A DNA stretch of 64,000 nucleotides, taken from positions 211,420,001 through 211,484,000 of the forward strand of contig OZ024743.1 of NCBI GenBank assembly GCA_964016885.1. Direction: 5' to 3'. Position 1 is the stretch's first letter. Every line of letters begins with the position of its first letter. This document shows positions 1 through 13,700 of the stretch, one piece after another. A model generated the notes under the pieces. The model had not been told where the DNA came from and did no database searches. It saw nothing but the letters and a program-made list of their open reading frames with translations. This DNA comes from Eledone cirrhosa. Its lineage: Eukaryota. A program made the translations under genes and the position numbers.

Positions 1-2873
1 TCTGAGGAAAGAATCACTAGAGAGCTGTTCCAGCTAGAGCCACTAATTCACTGAATTGAGAGATCACAGCGCTGATATTACAGACCTGTGGTTAGAATGT
101 CTGAGGAAAGAATCACTAGAGAGCTGTTCCAGGTAGAGCCGTTAATTCACTGAATTGAGAGATCATAGCTCTGATACTACAGACATGTGGTTAGAATGTC
201 TGAGGAAAGAATCACTAGAGAGCTGTTCCAGGTATGAGCCACTAATTCACTGAATTGAGAGATCACAGCTCTGATACTACAGACATGGGGTTAGAATTCC
301 TGAGGAAAGAATAACTAGAGAGCTGTTCCAGGTAGAGCCACTAATTCACCAAATTGAGAGATCATAGCTCTGATACTACAGACATGTGGTTAGAATGTCT
401 GAGGAACGAATCACTAGAGAGCTGTTCCAGGTAGTGCCACTAATTCACTGAATTGAGAGATCATAGCTCTGATACTACAGACATGTGGTTAGAATGTCTG
501 AGGAAAGAATCACTAGAGAGCTGTTCCAGGTAGAGCCACTAATTCACTGAATTGAGAGATCACAGCTCTGATACTACAGACATGTGGTTAGAATGTCTGA
601 GGAAAGAATCACTAGAGAGCTGTTCCAGGTAGAGCCACTAATTCACTGAATTGAGAGATCATAGCTCTGATACTACAGATATGTGGTTAGAATGTCTGAG
701 GAAAGAATCACTAGAGAGCTGTTCCAGGTAGAGCCACTAATTCACTGAATTGAGAGATCACAGCTCTGATATTACAGGCATGTGGCTAGAATGTCTGAGG
801 AAAGAATCACTGGAGAGCTGTTCCAGGTAGAGCCACTAATTCACTGAATTGAGAGATAATAGCTCTGATATTACAGACATGTGGTTAGAATGTCTGAGGA
901 AAGAATCACTAGAGAGCTGTTCCAGGTAGAGCCACTAATTCACTGAATTTAGAGATCACAGCTCTGATATTACAGACATGTTGTTAGAATGTCTCAGGAA
1001 AGAATCACTAGAGAGCTGTTCCAGGTAGAGCCACTAATTCACTGAATTGAGAGATCACAGCTCTGATACTACAGACATGTGGTTAGAATGTCTGAGGAAA
1101 GAATCGCTGGGGAGCTGTTCCAGGTAGAGCCACTAATTCACTGAATTGAGAGATCACAGCTCTGATATTACAGACATGTGGTTAGAATGTCTGATGAAAG
1201 AAACACTAGAGAGCTGTTCCAGGTAGAGCCACTAATTCACTGAATTGAGAGATAATAGCTCTGATATTACAGACATGTGGTTAGAATGTCTCAGGAAAGA
1301 ATCACTAGAGAGCTGTTTCATGTAGAGCCACTAATTCACTGAATTGAGAGATCACAGCTCTGATACTACAGACATGTGGTTAGAATGTCTGAGGAAAGAA
1401 TCACTAGAGAGCTGTTCCAGGTAGAGCCACTAATTCACTGAATTGAGAGATCATAGCTCTGATATTACAGACATGTGGTTAGAATGTCTGAGGAAAGAAT
1501 CACTAGAGAGCTGTTCCAGCTAGAGCCACTAATTCACTGAATTGAGAGATCACAGCTCTGATATTACAGACCTGTGGTTAGAATGTCTGAGGAAAGAATC
1601 ACTAGAGAGCTGTTCCAGGTAGAGCCGTTAATTCACTGAATTGAGAGATCATAGCTCTGATACTACAGACATGTGGTTAGAATGTCTGAGGAAAGAATCA
1701 CTAGAGAGCTGTTCCAGGTATGAGCCACTAATTCACTGAATTGAGAGATCACAGCTCTGATACTACAGACATGGGGTTAGAATTCCTGAGGAAAGAATAA
1801 CTAGAGAGCTGTTCCAGGTAGAGCCACTAATTCACTGAATTGAGATATCACAGCTCTGATACTACAGACATGTGGTTAGAATGTCTGAGGAAAGAATCAC
1901 TAGAGAGCTGTTCCAGGTAGAGCCACTAATTCACTGAATTGAGAGATCATAGCTCTGATACTACAGATATGTGGTTAGAATGTCTGAGGAAAGAATCACT
2001 AGAGAGCTGTTCCAGGTAGAGCCACTAATTCACTGAATTGAGAGAGCACAGCTCTGATATTACAGGCATGTGGCTAGAATGTCTGAGGAAAGAATCACTG
2101 GAGAGCTGTTCCAGGTAGAGCCACTAATTCACTGAATTGAGAGATCACAGCTCTGATATTACAGACATGGGGTTAGAATGTCTGAGGAAAGAATCACTAG
2201 AGAGCTGTTCCAGGTAGAGCCACTAATTCACTGAATTGAGAGATCATAGCTCTGATACTACAGACATGTGGTTAGAATGTCTGAGGAAAGAATCACTAGA
2301 GAGCTGTTCCAGGTAGAGCCACTAATTCACTGAATTAAGAGATCATAGCTCTGATATTACAGACATGTGGTTAGAATGTCTGAGGAAAGAATCACTGGAG
2401 AGCTGTTCCAGGTAGAGCCACTAATTCACCAAATTGAGAGATCATAGCTCTGATACTACAGACATGTGGTTAGAATGTCTGAGGAACGAATCACTAGAGA
2501 GCTGTTCCAGGTAGTGCCACTAATTCACTGAAGTGAGAGATCATCGCTCTGATACTACAGACATGTGGTTAGAATGTCTGAGGAAAAAATCACTAGAGAG
2601 CTGTTCCAGGTAGAGCCACTAATTCACTGAATTGAGAGATCACAGCTCTGATACTACAGACATGTGGTTAGAATGTCTGAGGAAAGAATCACTAGAGAGT
2701 TGTTCCAGGTAGAGCCACTAATTCACTGAATTGAGAGATCATAGCTCTGATACTACAGATATGTGGTTAGAATGTCTGAGGAAAGAATCACTAGAGAGCT
2801 GTTCCAGGTAGAGCCACTAATTCACTGAATTTAGAGATCACAGCTCTGATATTACAGGCATGTGGCTAGAATG
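1..2873. repeat. HOR variant, 29 monomers
   Basis: Marker CAGCGCTGAT has its CG at 70 and 2943 (2873 = 29x99+2). Relative to the 36-mer it has one extra monomer (ATCGCTGGGG, 1091), lacks two (fusion monomer 1785-1883) and lacks six more (fusion monomer at 2874). Confidence 0.9.
530..628 (+). mobile_element. Representative monomer read as a decayed 33-codon fragment of an RTE-clade non-LTR retrotransposon ORF (region C-terminal to the RT domain); applies to every monomer
   Basis: Direct translation of 530-628 gives VEPLIH*IERSQL*YYRHVVRMSEERITRELFQ. It matches without gaps the recalled RTE/Expander-type motif VEPLLLHIERSQLRWLGHLFRMPPGRLPGEVFQ (VEPL, IERSQL, HxxRM, RxxxExFQ). The match is from memory, not from a search. 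Confidence 0.8.
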
Positions 2874-5800
2874 TCTGAGGAAAGAATCACTGGAGAGCTG
2901 TTCCAGGTAGAGCCACTAATTCACTGAATTGAGAGATCACAGCGCTGATATTACAGACCTGTGGTTAGAATGTCTGAGGAAAGAATCACTAGAGAGCTGT
3001 TCCAGGTAGAGCCGTTAATTCACTGAATTGAGAGATCATAGCTCTGATACTACAGACATGTGGTTAGAATGTCTGAGGAAAGAATCACTAGAGAGCTGTT
3101 CCAGGTATGAGGCACTAATTCACTGAATTGAGAGATCACAGCTCTGATACTACAGACATGGGGTTAGAATTCCTGAGGAAAGAATAACTAGAGAGCTGTT
3201 CCAGGTAGAGCCACTAATTCACCAAATTGAGAGATCATAGCTCTGATACTACAGACATGTGGTTAGAATGTCTGAGGAACGAATCACTAGAGAGCTGTTC
3301 CAGGTAGTGCCACTAATTCACTGAATTGAGAGATCATAGCTCTGATACTACAGACATGTGGTTAGAATGTCTGAGGAAAGAATCACTAGAGAGCTGTTCC
3401 AGGTAGAGCCACTAATTCACTGAATTGAGAGATCACAGCTCTGATACTACAGACATGTGGTTAGAATGTCTGAGGAAAGAATCACTAGAGAGCTGTTCCA
3501 GGTAGAGCCACTAATTCACTGAATTGAGAGATCATAGCTCTGATACTACAGATATGTGGTTAGAATGTCTGAGGAAAGAATCACTAGAGAGCTGTTCCAG
3601 GTAGAGCCACTAATTCACTGAATTGAGAGATCACAGCTCTGATATTACAGGCATGTGGCTAGAATGTCTGAGGAAAGAATCACTGGAGAGCTGTTCCAGG
3701 TAGAGCCACTAATTCACTGAATTGAGAGATAATAGCTCTGATATTACAGACATGTGGTTAGAATGTCTGAGGAAAGAATCACTAGAGAGCTGTTCCAGGT
3801 AGAGCCACTAATTCACTGAATTTAGAGATCACAGCTCTGATATTACAGACATGTTGTTAGAATGTCTCAGGAAAGAATCACTAGAGAGCTGTTCCAGGTA
3901 GAGCCACTAATTCACTGAATTGAGAGATCACAGCTCTGATATTACAGACATGTGGTTAGAATGTCTGATGAAAGAAACACTAGAGAGCTGTTCCAGGTAG
4001 AGCCACTAATTCACTGAATTGAGAGATAATAGCTCTGATATTACAGACATGTGGTTAGAATGTCTCAGGAAAGAATCACTAGAGAGCTGTTTCATGTAGA
4101 GCCACTAATTCACTGAATTGAGAGATCACAGCTCTGATACTACAGACATGTGGTTAGAATGTCTGAGGAAAGAATCACTAGAGAGCTGTTCCAGGTAGAG
4201 CCACTAATTCACTGAATTGAGAGATCATAGCTCTGATATTACAGACATGTGGTTAGAATGTCTGAGGAAAGAATCACTAGAGAGCTGTTCCAGCTAGAGC
4301 CACTAATTCACTGAATTGAGAGATCACAGCTCTGATATTACAGACCTGTGGTTAGAATGTCTGAGGAAAGAATCACTAGAGAGCTGTTCCAGGTAGAGCC
4401 GTTAATTCACTGAATTGAGAGATCATAGCTCTGATACTACAGACATGTGGTTAGAATGTCTGAGGAAAGAATCACTAGAGAGCTGTTCCAGGTATGAGCC
4501 ACTAATTCACTGAATTGAGAGATCACAGCTCTGATACTACAGACATGGGGTTAGAATTCCTGAGGAAAGAATAACTAGAGAGCTGTTCCAGGTAGAGCCA
4601 CTAATTCACCAAATTGAGAGATCATAGCTCTGATACTACAGACATGTGGTTAGAATGTCTGAGGAACGAATCACTAGAGAGCTGTTCCAGGTAGTGCCAC
4701 TAATTCACTGAATTGAGAGATCATAGCTCTGATACTACAGACATGTGGTTAGAATGTCTGAGGAAAGAATCACTAGAGAGCTGTTCCAGGTAGAGCCACT
4801 AATTCACTGAATTGAGATATCACAGCTCTGATACTACAGACATGTGGTTAGAATGTCTGAGGAAAGAATCACTAGAGAGCTGTTCCAGGTAGAGCCACTA
4901 ATTCACTGAATTGAGAGATCATAGCTCTGATACTACAGATATGTGGTTAGAATGTCTGAGGAAAGAATCACTAGAGAGCTGTTCCAGGTAGAGCCACTAA
5001 TTCACTGAATTGAGAGAGCACAGCTCTGATATTACAGGCATGTGGCTAGAATGTCTGAGGAAAGAATCACTGGAGAGCTGTTCCAGGTAGAGCCACTAAT
5101 TCACTGAATTGAGAGATCACAGCTCTGATATTACAGACATGGGGTTAGAATGTCTGAGGAAAGAATCACTAGAGAGCTGTTCCAGGTAGAGCCACTAATT
5201 CACTGAATTGAGAGATCATAGCTCTGATACTACAGACATGTGGTTAGAATGTCTGAGGAAAGAATCACTAGAGAGCTGTTCCAGGTAGAGCCACTAATTC
5301 ACTGAATTGAGAGATCATAGCTCTGATACTACAGATATGTGGTTAGAATGTCTGAGGAAAGAATCACTAGAGAGCTGTTCCAGGTAGAGCCACTAATTCA
5401 CTGAATTGAGAGATCATAGCTCTGATATTACAGACATGTGGTTAGAATGTCTGAGGAAAGAATCACTAGAGAGCTGTTCCAGCTAGAGCCACTAATTCAC
5501 TGAATTGAGAGATCACAGCTCTGATATTACAGACCTGTGGTTAGAATGTCTGAGGAAAGAATCACTAGAGAGCTGTTCCAGGTAGAGCCGTTAATTCACT
5601 GAATTGAGAGATCATAGCTCTGATACTACAGACATGTGGTTAGAATGTCTGAGGAAAGAATCACTAGAGAGCTGTTCCAGGTATGAGCCACTAATTCACT
5701 GAATTGAGAGATCACAGCTCTGATACTACAGACATGGGGTTAGAATTCCTGAGGAAAGAATAACTAGAGAGCTGTTCCAGGTAGAGCCACTAATTCACCA

Positions 5801-7629
5801 AATTGAGAGATCATAGCTCTGATACTACAGACATGTGGTTAGAATGTCTGAGGAACGAATCACTAGAGAGCTGTTCCAGGTAGTGCCACTAATTCACTGA
5901 ATTGAGAGATCATAGCTCTGATACTACAGACATGTGGTTAGAATGTCTGAGGAAAGAATCACTAGAGAGCTGTTCCAGGTAGAGCCACTAATTCACTGAA
6001 TTGAGATATCACAGCTCTGATACTACAGACATGTGGTTAGAATGTCTGAGGAAAGAATCACTAGAGAGCTGTTCCAGGTAGAGCCACTAATTCACTGAAT
6101 TGAGAGATCATAGCTCTGATACTACAGATATGTGGTTAGAATGTCTGAGGAAAGAATCACTAGAGAGCTGTTCCAGGTAGAGCCACTAATTCACTGAATT
6201 GAGAGAGCACAGCTCTGATATTACAGGCATGTGGCTAGAATGTCTGAGGAAAGAATCACTGGAGAGCTGTTCCAGGTAGAGCCACTAATTCACTGAATTG
6301 AGAGATCACAGCTCTGATATTACAGACATGGGGTTAGAATGTCTGAGGAAAGAATCACTAGAGAGCTGTTCCAGGTAGAGCCACTAATTCACTGAATTGA
6401 GAGATCATAGCTCTGATACTACAGACATGTGGTTAGAATGTCTGAGGAAAGAATCACTAGAGAGCTGTTCCAGGTAGAGCCACTAATTCACTGAATTAAG
6501 AGATCATAGCTCTGATATTACAGACATGTGGTTAGAATGTCTGAGGAAAGAATCACTGGAGAGCTGTTCCAGGTAGAGCCACTAATTCACCAAATTGAGA
6601 GATCATAGCTCTGATACTACAGACATGTGGTTAGAATGTCTGAGGAACGAATCACTAGAGAGCTGTTCCAGGTAGTGCCACTAATTCACTGAAGTGAGAG
6701 ATCATCGCTCTGATACTACAGGCATGTGGTTAGAATGTCTGAGGAAAAAATCACTAGAGAGCTGTTCCAGGTAGAGCCACTAATTCACTGAATTGAGAGA
6801 TCACAGCTCTGATACTACAGACATGTGGTTAGAATGTCTGAGGAAAGAATCACTAGAGAGTTGTTCCAGGTAGAGCCACTAATTCACTGAATTGAGAGAT
6901 CATAGCTCTGATACTACAGATATGTGGTTAGAATGTCTGAGGAAAGAATCACTAGAGAGCTGTTCCAGGTAGAGCCACTAATTCACTGAATTTAGAGATC
7001 ACAGCTCTGATATTACAGGCATGTGGCTAGAATGTCTGAGGAAAGAATCACTGGAGAGCTGTTCCAGGTAGAGCCACTAATTCACTGAATTGAGAGATCA
7101 CAGCTCTGATATTACAGACATGTGGTTAGAATGTCTGAGGAAAGAATCACTAGAGAGCTGTTCCAGGTAGAGCCACTAATTCACTGAATTGAGAGATCAT
7201 AGCTCTGATACTACAGACATGTGGTTAGAATGTCTGAGGAAAGAATCACTAGAGAGCTGTTCCAGGTAGAGCCACTAATTCACTGAATTAAGAGATCATA
7301 GCTCTGATATTACAGACATGTGGTTAGAATGTCTGAGGAAAGAATCACTGGAGAGCTGTTCCAGGTAGAGCCACCTAATTCACTGAATTGAGAGATCACA
7401 GCTCTGATATTACAGACATGTGGTTAGAATGTCTCAGGAAAGAATCACTAGAGAGCTGTTTCATGTAGAGCCACTAATTCACTGAATTGAGAGATCACAG
7501 CTCTGATACTACAGACATGTGGTTAGAATGTCTGAGGAAAGAATCACTAGAGAGCTGTTCCAGGTAGAGCCACTAATTCACTGAATTGAGAGATCATAGC
7601 TCTGATATTACAGACATGTGGTTAGAATG
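2874..7629. repeat. HOR variant, 48 monomers (36-mer plus 12-monomer internal expansion)
   Basis: Markers at 2943 and 7699 (4756 = 48x99+4). The CCAGCTAG/GACCTG monomer occurs at both 4261 and 5450 (1189 = 12x99+1). Confidence 0.9.
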
Positions 7630-10600
7630 TCTGAGGAAAGAATCACTAGAGAGCTGTTCCAGCTAGAGCCACTAATTCACTGAATTGAGAGATCACAGCG
7701 CTGATATTACAGACCTGTGGTTAGAATGTCTGAGGAAAGAATCACTAGAGAGCTGTTCCAGGTAGAGCCGTTAATTCACTGAATTGAGAGATCATAGCTC
7801 TGATACTACAGACATGTGGTTAGAATGTCTGAGGAAAGAATCACTAGAGAGCTGTTCCAGGTATGAGCCACTAATTCACTGAATTGAGAGATCACAGCTC
7901 TGATACTACAGACATGGGGTTAGAATTCCTGAGGAAAGAATAACTAGAGAGCTGTTCCAGGTAGAGCCACTAATTCACCAAATTGAGAGATCATAGCTCT
8001 GATACTACAGACATGTGGTTAGAATGTCTGAGGAACGAATCACTAGAGAGCTGTTCCAGGTAGTGCCACTAATTCACTGAATTGAGAGATCATAGCTCTG
8101 ATACTACAGACATGTGGTTAGAATGTCTGAGGAAAGAATCACTAGAGAGCTGTTCCAGGTAGAGCCACTAATTCACTGAATTGAGAGATCACAGCTCTGA
8201 TACTACAGACATGTGGTTAGAATGTCTGAGGAAAGAATCACTAGAGAGCTGTTCCAGGTAGAGCCACTAATTCACTGAATTGAGAGATCATAGCTCTGAT
8301 ACTACAGATATGTGGTTAGAATGTCTGAGGAAAGAATCACTAGAGAGCTGTTCCAGGTAGAGCCACTAATTCACTGAATTGAGAGATCACAGCTCTGATA
8401 TTACAGGCATGTGGCTAGAATGTCTGAGGAAAGAATCACTGGAGAGCTGTTCCAGGTAGAGCCACTAATTCACTGAATTGAGAGATAATAGCTCTGATAT
8501 TACAGACATGTGGTTAGAATGTCTGAGGAAAGAATCACTAGAGAGCTGTTCCAGGTAGAGCCACTAATTCACTGAATTTAGAGATCACAGCTCTGATATT
8601 ACAGACATGTTGTTAGAATGTCTCAGGAAAGAATCACTAGAGAGCTGTTCCAGGTAGAGCCACTAATTCACTGAATTGAGAGATCACAGCTCTGATATTA
8701 CAGACATGTGGTTAGAATGTCTGATGAAAGAAACACTAGAGAGCTGTTCCAGGTAGAGCCACTAATTCACTGAATTGAGAGATAATAGCTCTGATATTAC
8801 AGACATGTGGTTAGAATGTCTCAGGAAAGAATCACTAGAGAGCTGTTTCATGTAGAGCCACTAATTCACTGAATTGAGAGATCACAGCTCTGATACTACA
8901 GACATGTGGTTAGAATGTCTGAGGAAAGAATCACTAGAGAGCTGTTCCAGGTAGAGCCACTAATTCACTGAATTGAGAGATCATAGCTCTGATATTACAG
9001 ACATGTGGTTAGAATGTCTGAGGAAAGAATCACTAGAGAGCTGTTCCAGCTAGAGCCACTAATTCACTGAATTGAGAGATCACAGCTCTGATATTACAGA
9101 CCTGTGGTTAGAATGTCTGAGGAAAGAATCACTAGAGAGCTGTTCCAGGTAGAGCCGTTAATTCACTGAATTGAGAGATCATAGCTCTGATACTACAGAC
9201 ATGTGGTTAGAATGTCTGAGGAAAGAATCACTAGAGAGCTGTTCCAGGTATGAGCCACTAATTCACTGAATTGAGAGATCACAGCTCTGATACTACAGAC
9301 ATGGGGTTAGAATTCCTGAGGAAAGAATAACTAGAGAGCTGTTCCAGGTAGAGCCACTAATTCACCAAATTGAGAGATCATAGCTCTGATACTACAGACA
9401 TGTGGTTAGAATGTCTGAGGAACGAATCACTAGAGAGCTGTTCCAGGTAGAGCCACTAATTCACTGAATTGAGAGATCATAGCTCTGATACTACAGACAT
9501 GTGGTTAGAATGTCTGAGGAAAGAATCACTAGAGAGCTGTTCCAGGTAGAGCCACTAATTCACTGAATTAAGAGATCATAGCTCTGATATTACAGACATG
9601 TGGTTAGAATGTCTGAGGAAAGAATCACTGGAGAGCTGTTCCAGGTAGAGCCACTAATTCACCAAATTGAGAGATCATAGCTCTGATACTACAGACATGT
9701 GGTTAGAATGTCTGAGGAACGAATCACTAGAGAGCTGTTCCAGGTAGTGCCACTAATTCACTGAAGTGAGAGATCATCGCTCTGATACTACAGACATGTG
9801 GTTAGAATGTCTGAGGAAAAAATCACTAGAGAGCTGTTCCAGGTAGAGCCACTAATTCACTGAATTGAGAGATCACAGCTCTGATACTACAGACATGTGG
9901 TTAGAATGTCTGAGGAAAGAATCACTAGAGAGTTGTTCCAGGTAGAGCCACTAATTCACTGAATTGAGAGATCATAGCTCTGATACTACAGATATGTGGT
10001 TAGAATGTCTGAGGAAAGAATCACTAGAGAGCTGTTCCAGGTAGAGCCACTAATTCACTGAATTTAGAGATCACAGCTCTGATATTACAGGCATGTGGCT
10101 AGAATGTCTGAGGAAAGAATCACTGGAGAGCTGTACCAGGTAGAGCCACTAATTCACTGAATTGAGAGATCACAGCTCTGATATTACAGACATGTGGTTA
10201 GAATGTCTGAGGAAAGAATCACTAGAGAGCTGTTCCAGGTAGAGCCACTAATTCACTGAATTGAGAGATCATAGCTCTGATACTACAGACATGTGGTTAG
10301 AATGTCTGAGGAAAGAATCACTAGAGAGCTGTTCCAGGTAGAGCCACTAATTCACTGAATTAAGAGATCATAGCTCTGATATTACAGACATGTGGTTAGA
10401 ATGTCTGAGGAAAGAATCACTGGAGAGCTGTTCCAGGTAGAGCCACCTAATTCACTGAATTGAGAGATCACAGCTCTGATATTACAGACATGTGGTTAGA
10501 ATGTCTCAGGAAAGAATCACTAGAGAGCTGTTTCATGTAGAGCCACTAATTCACTGAATTGAGAGATCACAGCTCTGATACTACAGACATGTGGTTAGAA

Positions 10601-10701
10601 TGTCTGAGGAAAGAATCACTAGAGAGCTGTTCCAGGTAGAGCCACTAATTCACTGAATTGAGAGATCATAGCTCTGATATTACAGACATGTGGTTAGAAT
10701 G
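7630..10701. repeat. HOR variant, 31 monomers (5-monomer deletion)
   Basis: Markers at 7699 and 10771 (3072 = 31x99+3). Monomer 9414-9512 has GAACGA of HOR monomer 19 but lacks its GTAGTG, and is followed directly by the TTAAGA monomer 25. Confidence 0.9.
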
Positions 10702-13700
10702 TCTGAGGAAAGAATCACTAGAGAGCTGTTCCAGCTAGAGCCACTAATTCACTGAATTGAGAGATCACAGCGCTGATATTACAGACCTGTGGTTAGAATG
10801 TCTGAGGAAAGAATCACTAGAGAGCTGTTCCAGGTAGAGCCGTTAATTCACTGAATTGAGAGATCATAGCTCTGATACTACAGACATGTGGTTAGAATGT
10901 CTGAGGAAAGAATCACTAGAGAGCTGTTCCAGGTATGAGCCACTAATTCACTGAATTGAGAGATCACAGCTCTGATACTACAGACATGGGGTTAGAATTC
11001 CTGAGGAAAGAATAACTAGAGAGCTGTTCCAGGTAGAGCCACTAATTCACCAAATTGAGAGATCATAGCTCTGATACTACAGACATGTGGTTAGAATGTT
11101 TGAGGAACGAATCACTAGAGAGCTGTTCCAGGTAGTGCCACTAATTCACTGAATTGAGAGATCATAGCTCTGATACTACAGACATGTGGTTAGAATGTCT
11201 GAGGAAAGAATCACTAGAGAGCTGTTCCAGGTAGAGCCACTAATTCACTGAATTGAGAGATCACAGCTCTGATACTACAGACATGTGGTTAGAATGTCTG
11301 AGGAAAGAATCACTAGAGAGCTGTTCCAGGTAGAGCCACTAATTCACTGAATTGAGAGATCATAGCTCTGATACTACAGATATGTGGTTAGAATGTCTGA
11401 GGAAAGAATCACTAGAGAGCTGTTCCAGGTAGAGCCACTAATTCACTGAATTGAGAGATCACAGCTCTGATATTACAGGCATGTGGCTAGAATGTCTGAG
11501 GAAAGAATCACTGGAGAGCTGTTCCAGGTAGAGCCACTAATTCACTGAATTGAGAGATAATAGCTCTGATATTACAGACATGTGGTTAGAATGTCTGAGG
11601 AAAGAATCACTAGAGAGCTGTTCCAGGTAGAGCCACTAATTCACTGAATTTAGAGATCACAGCTCTGATATTACAGACATGTTGTTAGAATGTCTCAGGA
11701 AAGAATCACTAGAGAGCTGTTCCAGGTAGAGCCACTAATTCACTGAATTGAGAGATCACAGCTCTGATATTACAGACATGTGGTTAGAATGTCTGATGAA
11801 AGAAACACTAGAGAGCTGTTCCAGGTAGAGCCACTAATTCACTGAATTGAGAGATAATAGCTCTGATATTACAGACATGTGGTTAGAATGTCTCAGGAAA
11901 GAATCACTAGAGAGCTGTTTCATGTAGAGCCACTAATTCACTGAATTGAGAGATCACAGCTCTGATACTACAGACATGTGGTTAGAATGTCTGAGGAAAG
12001 AATCACTAGAGAGCTGTTCCAGGTAGAGCCACTAATTCACTGAATTGAGAGATCATAGCTCTGATATTACAGACATGTGGTTAGAATGTCTGAGGAAAGA
12101 ATCACTAGAGAGCTGTTCCAGCTAGAGCCACTAATTCACTGAATTGAGAGATCACAGCTCTGATATTACAGACCTGTGGTTAGAATGTCTGAGGAAAGAA
12201 TCACTAGAGAGCTGTTCCAGGTAGAGCCGTTAATTCACTGAATTGAGAGATCATAGCTCTGATACTACAGACATGTGGTTAGAATGTCTGAGGAAAGAAT
12301 CACTAGAGAGCTGTTCCAGGTATGAGCCACTAATTCACTGAATTGAGAGATCACAGCTCTGATACTACAGACATGGGGTTAGAATTCCTGAGGAAAGAAT
12401 AACTAGAGAGCTGTTCCAGGTAGAGCCACTAATTCACCAAATTGAGAGATCATAGCTCTGATACTACAGACATGTGGTTAGAATGTCTGAGGAACGAATC
12501 ACTAGAGAGCTGTTCCAGGTAGTGCCACTAATTCACTGAATTGAGAGATCATAGCTCTGATACTACAGACATGTGGTTAGAATGTCTGAGGAAAGAATCA
12601 CTAGAGAGCTGTTCCAGGTAGAGCCACTAATTCACTGAATTGAGATATCACAGCTCTGATACTACAGACATGTGGTTAGAATGTCTGAGGAAAGAATCAC
12701 TAGAGAGCTGTTCCAGGTAGAGCCACTAATTCACTGAATTGAGAGATCATAGCTCTGATACTACAGATATGTGGTTAGAATGTCTGAGGAAAGAATCACT
12801 AGAGAGCTGTTCCAGGTAGAGCCACTAATTCACTGAATTGAGAGAGCACAGCTCTGATATTACAGGCATGTGGCTAGAATGTCTGAGGAAAGAATCACTG
12901 GAGAGCTGTTCCAGGTAGAGCCACTAATTCACTGAATTGAGAGATCACAGCTCTGATATTACAGACATGGGGTTAGAATGTCTGAGGAAAGAATCACTAG
13001 AGAGCTGTTCCAGGTAGAGCCACTAATTCACTGAATTGAGAGATCATAGCTCTGATACTACAGACATGTGGTTAGAATGTCTGAGGAAAGAATCACTAGA
13101 GAGCTGTTCCAGGTAGAGCCACTAATTCACTGAATTAAGAGATCATAGCTCTGATATTACAGACATGTGGTTAGAATGTCTGAGGAAAGAATCACTGGAG
13201 AGCTGTTCCAGGTAGAGCCACTAATTCACCAAATTGAGAGATCATAGCTCTGATACTACAGACATGTGGTTAGAATGTCTGAGGAACGAATCACTAGAGA
13301 GCTGTTCCAGGTAGTGCCACTAATTCACTGAAGTGAGAGATCATCGCTCTGATACTACAGACATGTGGTTAGAATGTCTGAGGAAAAAATCACTAGAGAG
13401 CTGTTCCAGGTAGAGCCACTAATTCACTGAATTGAGAGATCACAGCTCTGATACTACAGACATGTGGTTAGAATGTCTGAGGAAAGAATCACTAGAGAGT
13501 TGTTCCAGGTAGAGCCACTAATTCACTGAATTGAGAGATCATAGCTCTGATACTACAGATATGTGGTTAGAATGTCTGAGGAAAGAATCACTAGAGAGCT
13601 GTTCCAGGTAGAGCCACTAATTCACTGAATTTAGAGATCACAGCTCTGATATTACAGGCATGTGGCTAGAATGTCTGAGGAAAGAATCACTGGAGAGCTG

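Noticed and set aside
1-99. CENP-B box or primate alpha satellite
   Set aside because: The monomer is 99 bp, not 171 bp. The NTTCGNNNNANNCGGGN motif needs two CpGs, and the consensus has none.
1-99. Tandem 5S rRNA, tRNA or snRNA gene cluster
   Set aside because: I recognise no RNA gene sequence, cloverleaf or Pol III A/B boxes, and there is no TTTT terminator in the consensus.
526-534. CAG|GTAGAG splice-donor-like motif in each monomer
   Set aside because: It is a short, imperfect match with no exon context or transcript evidence.
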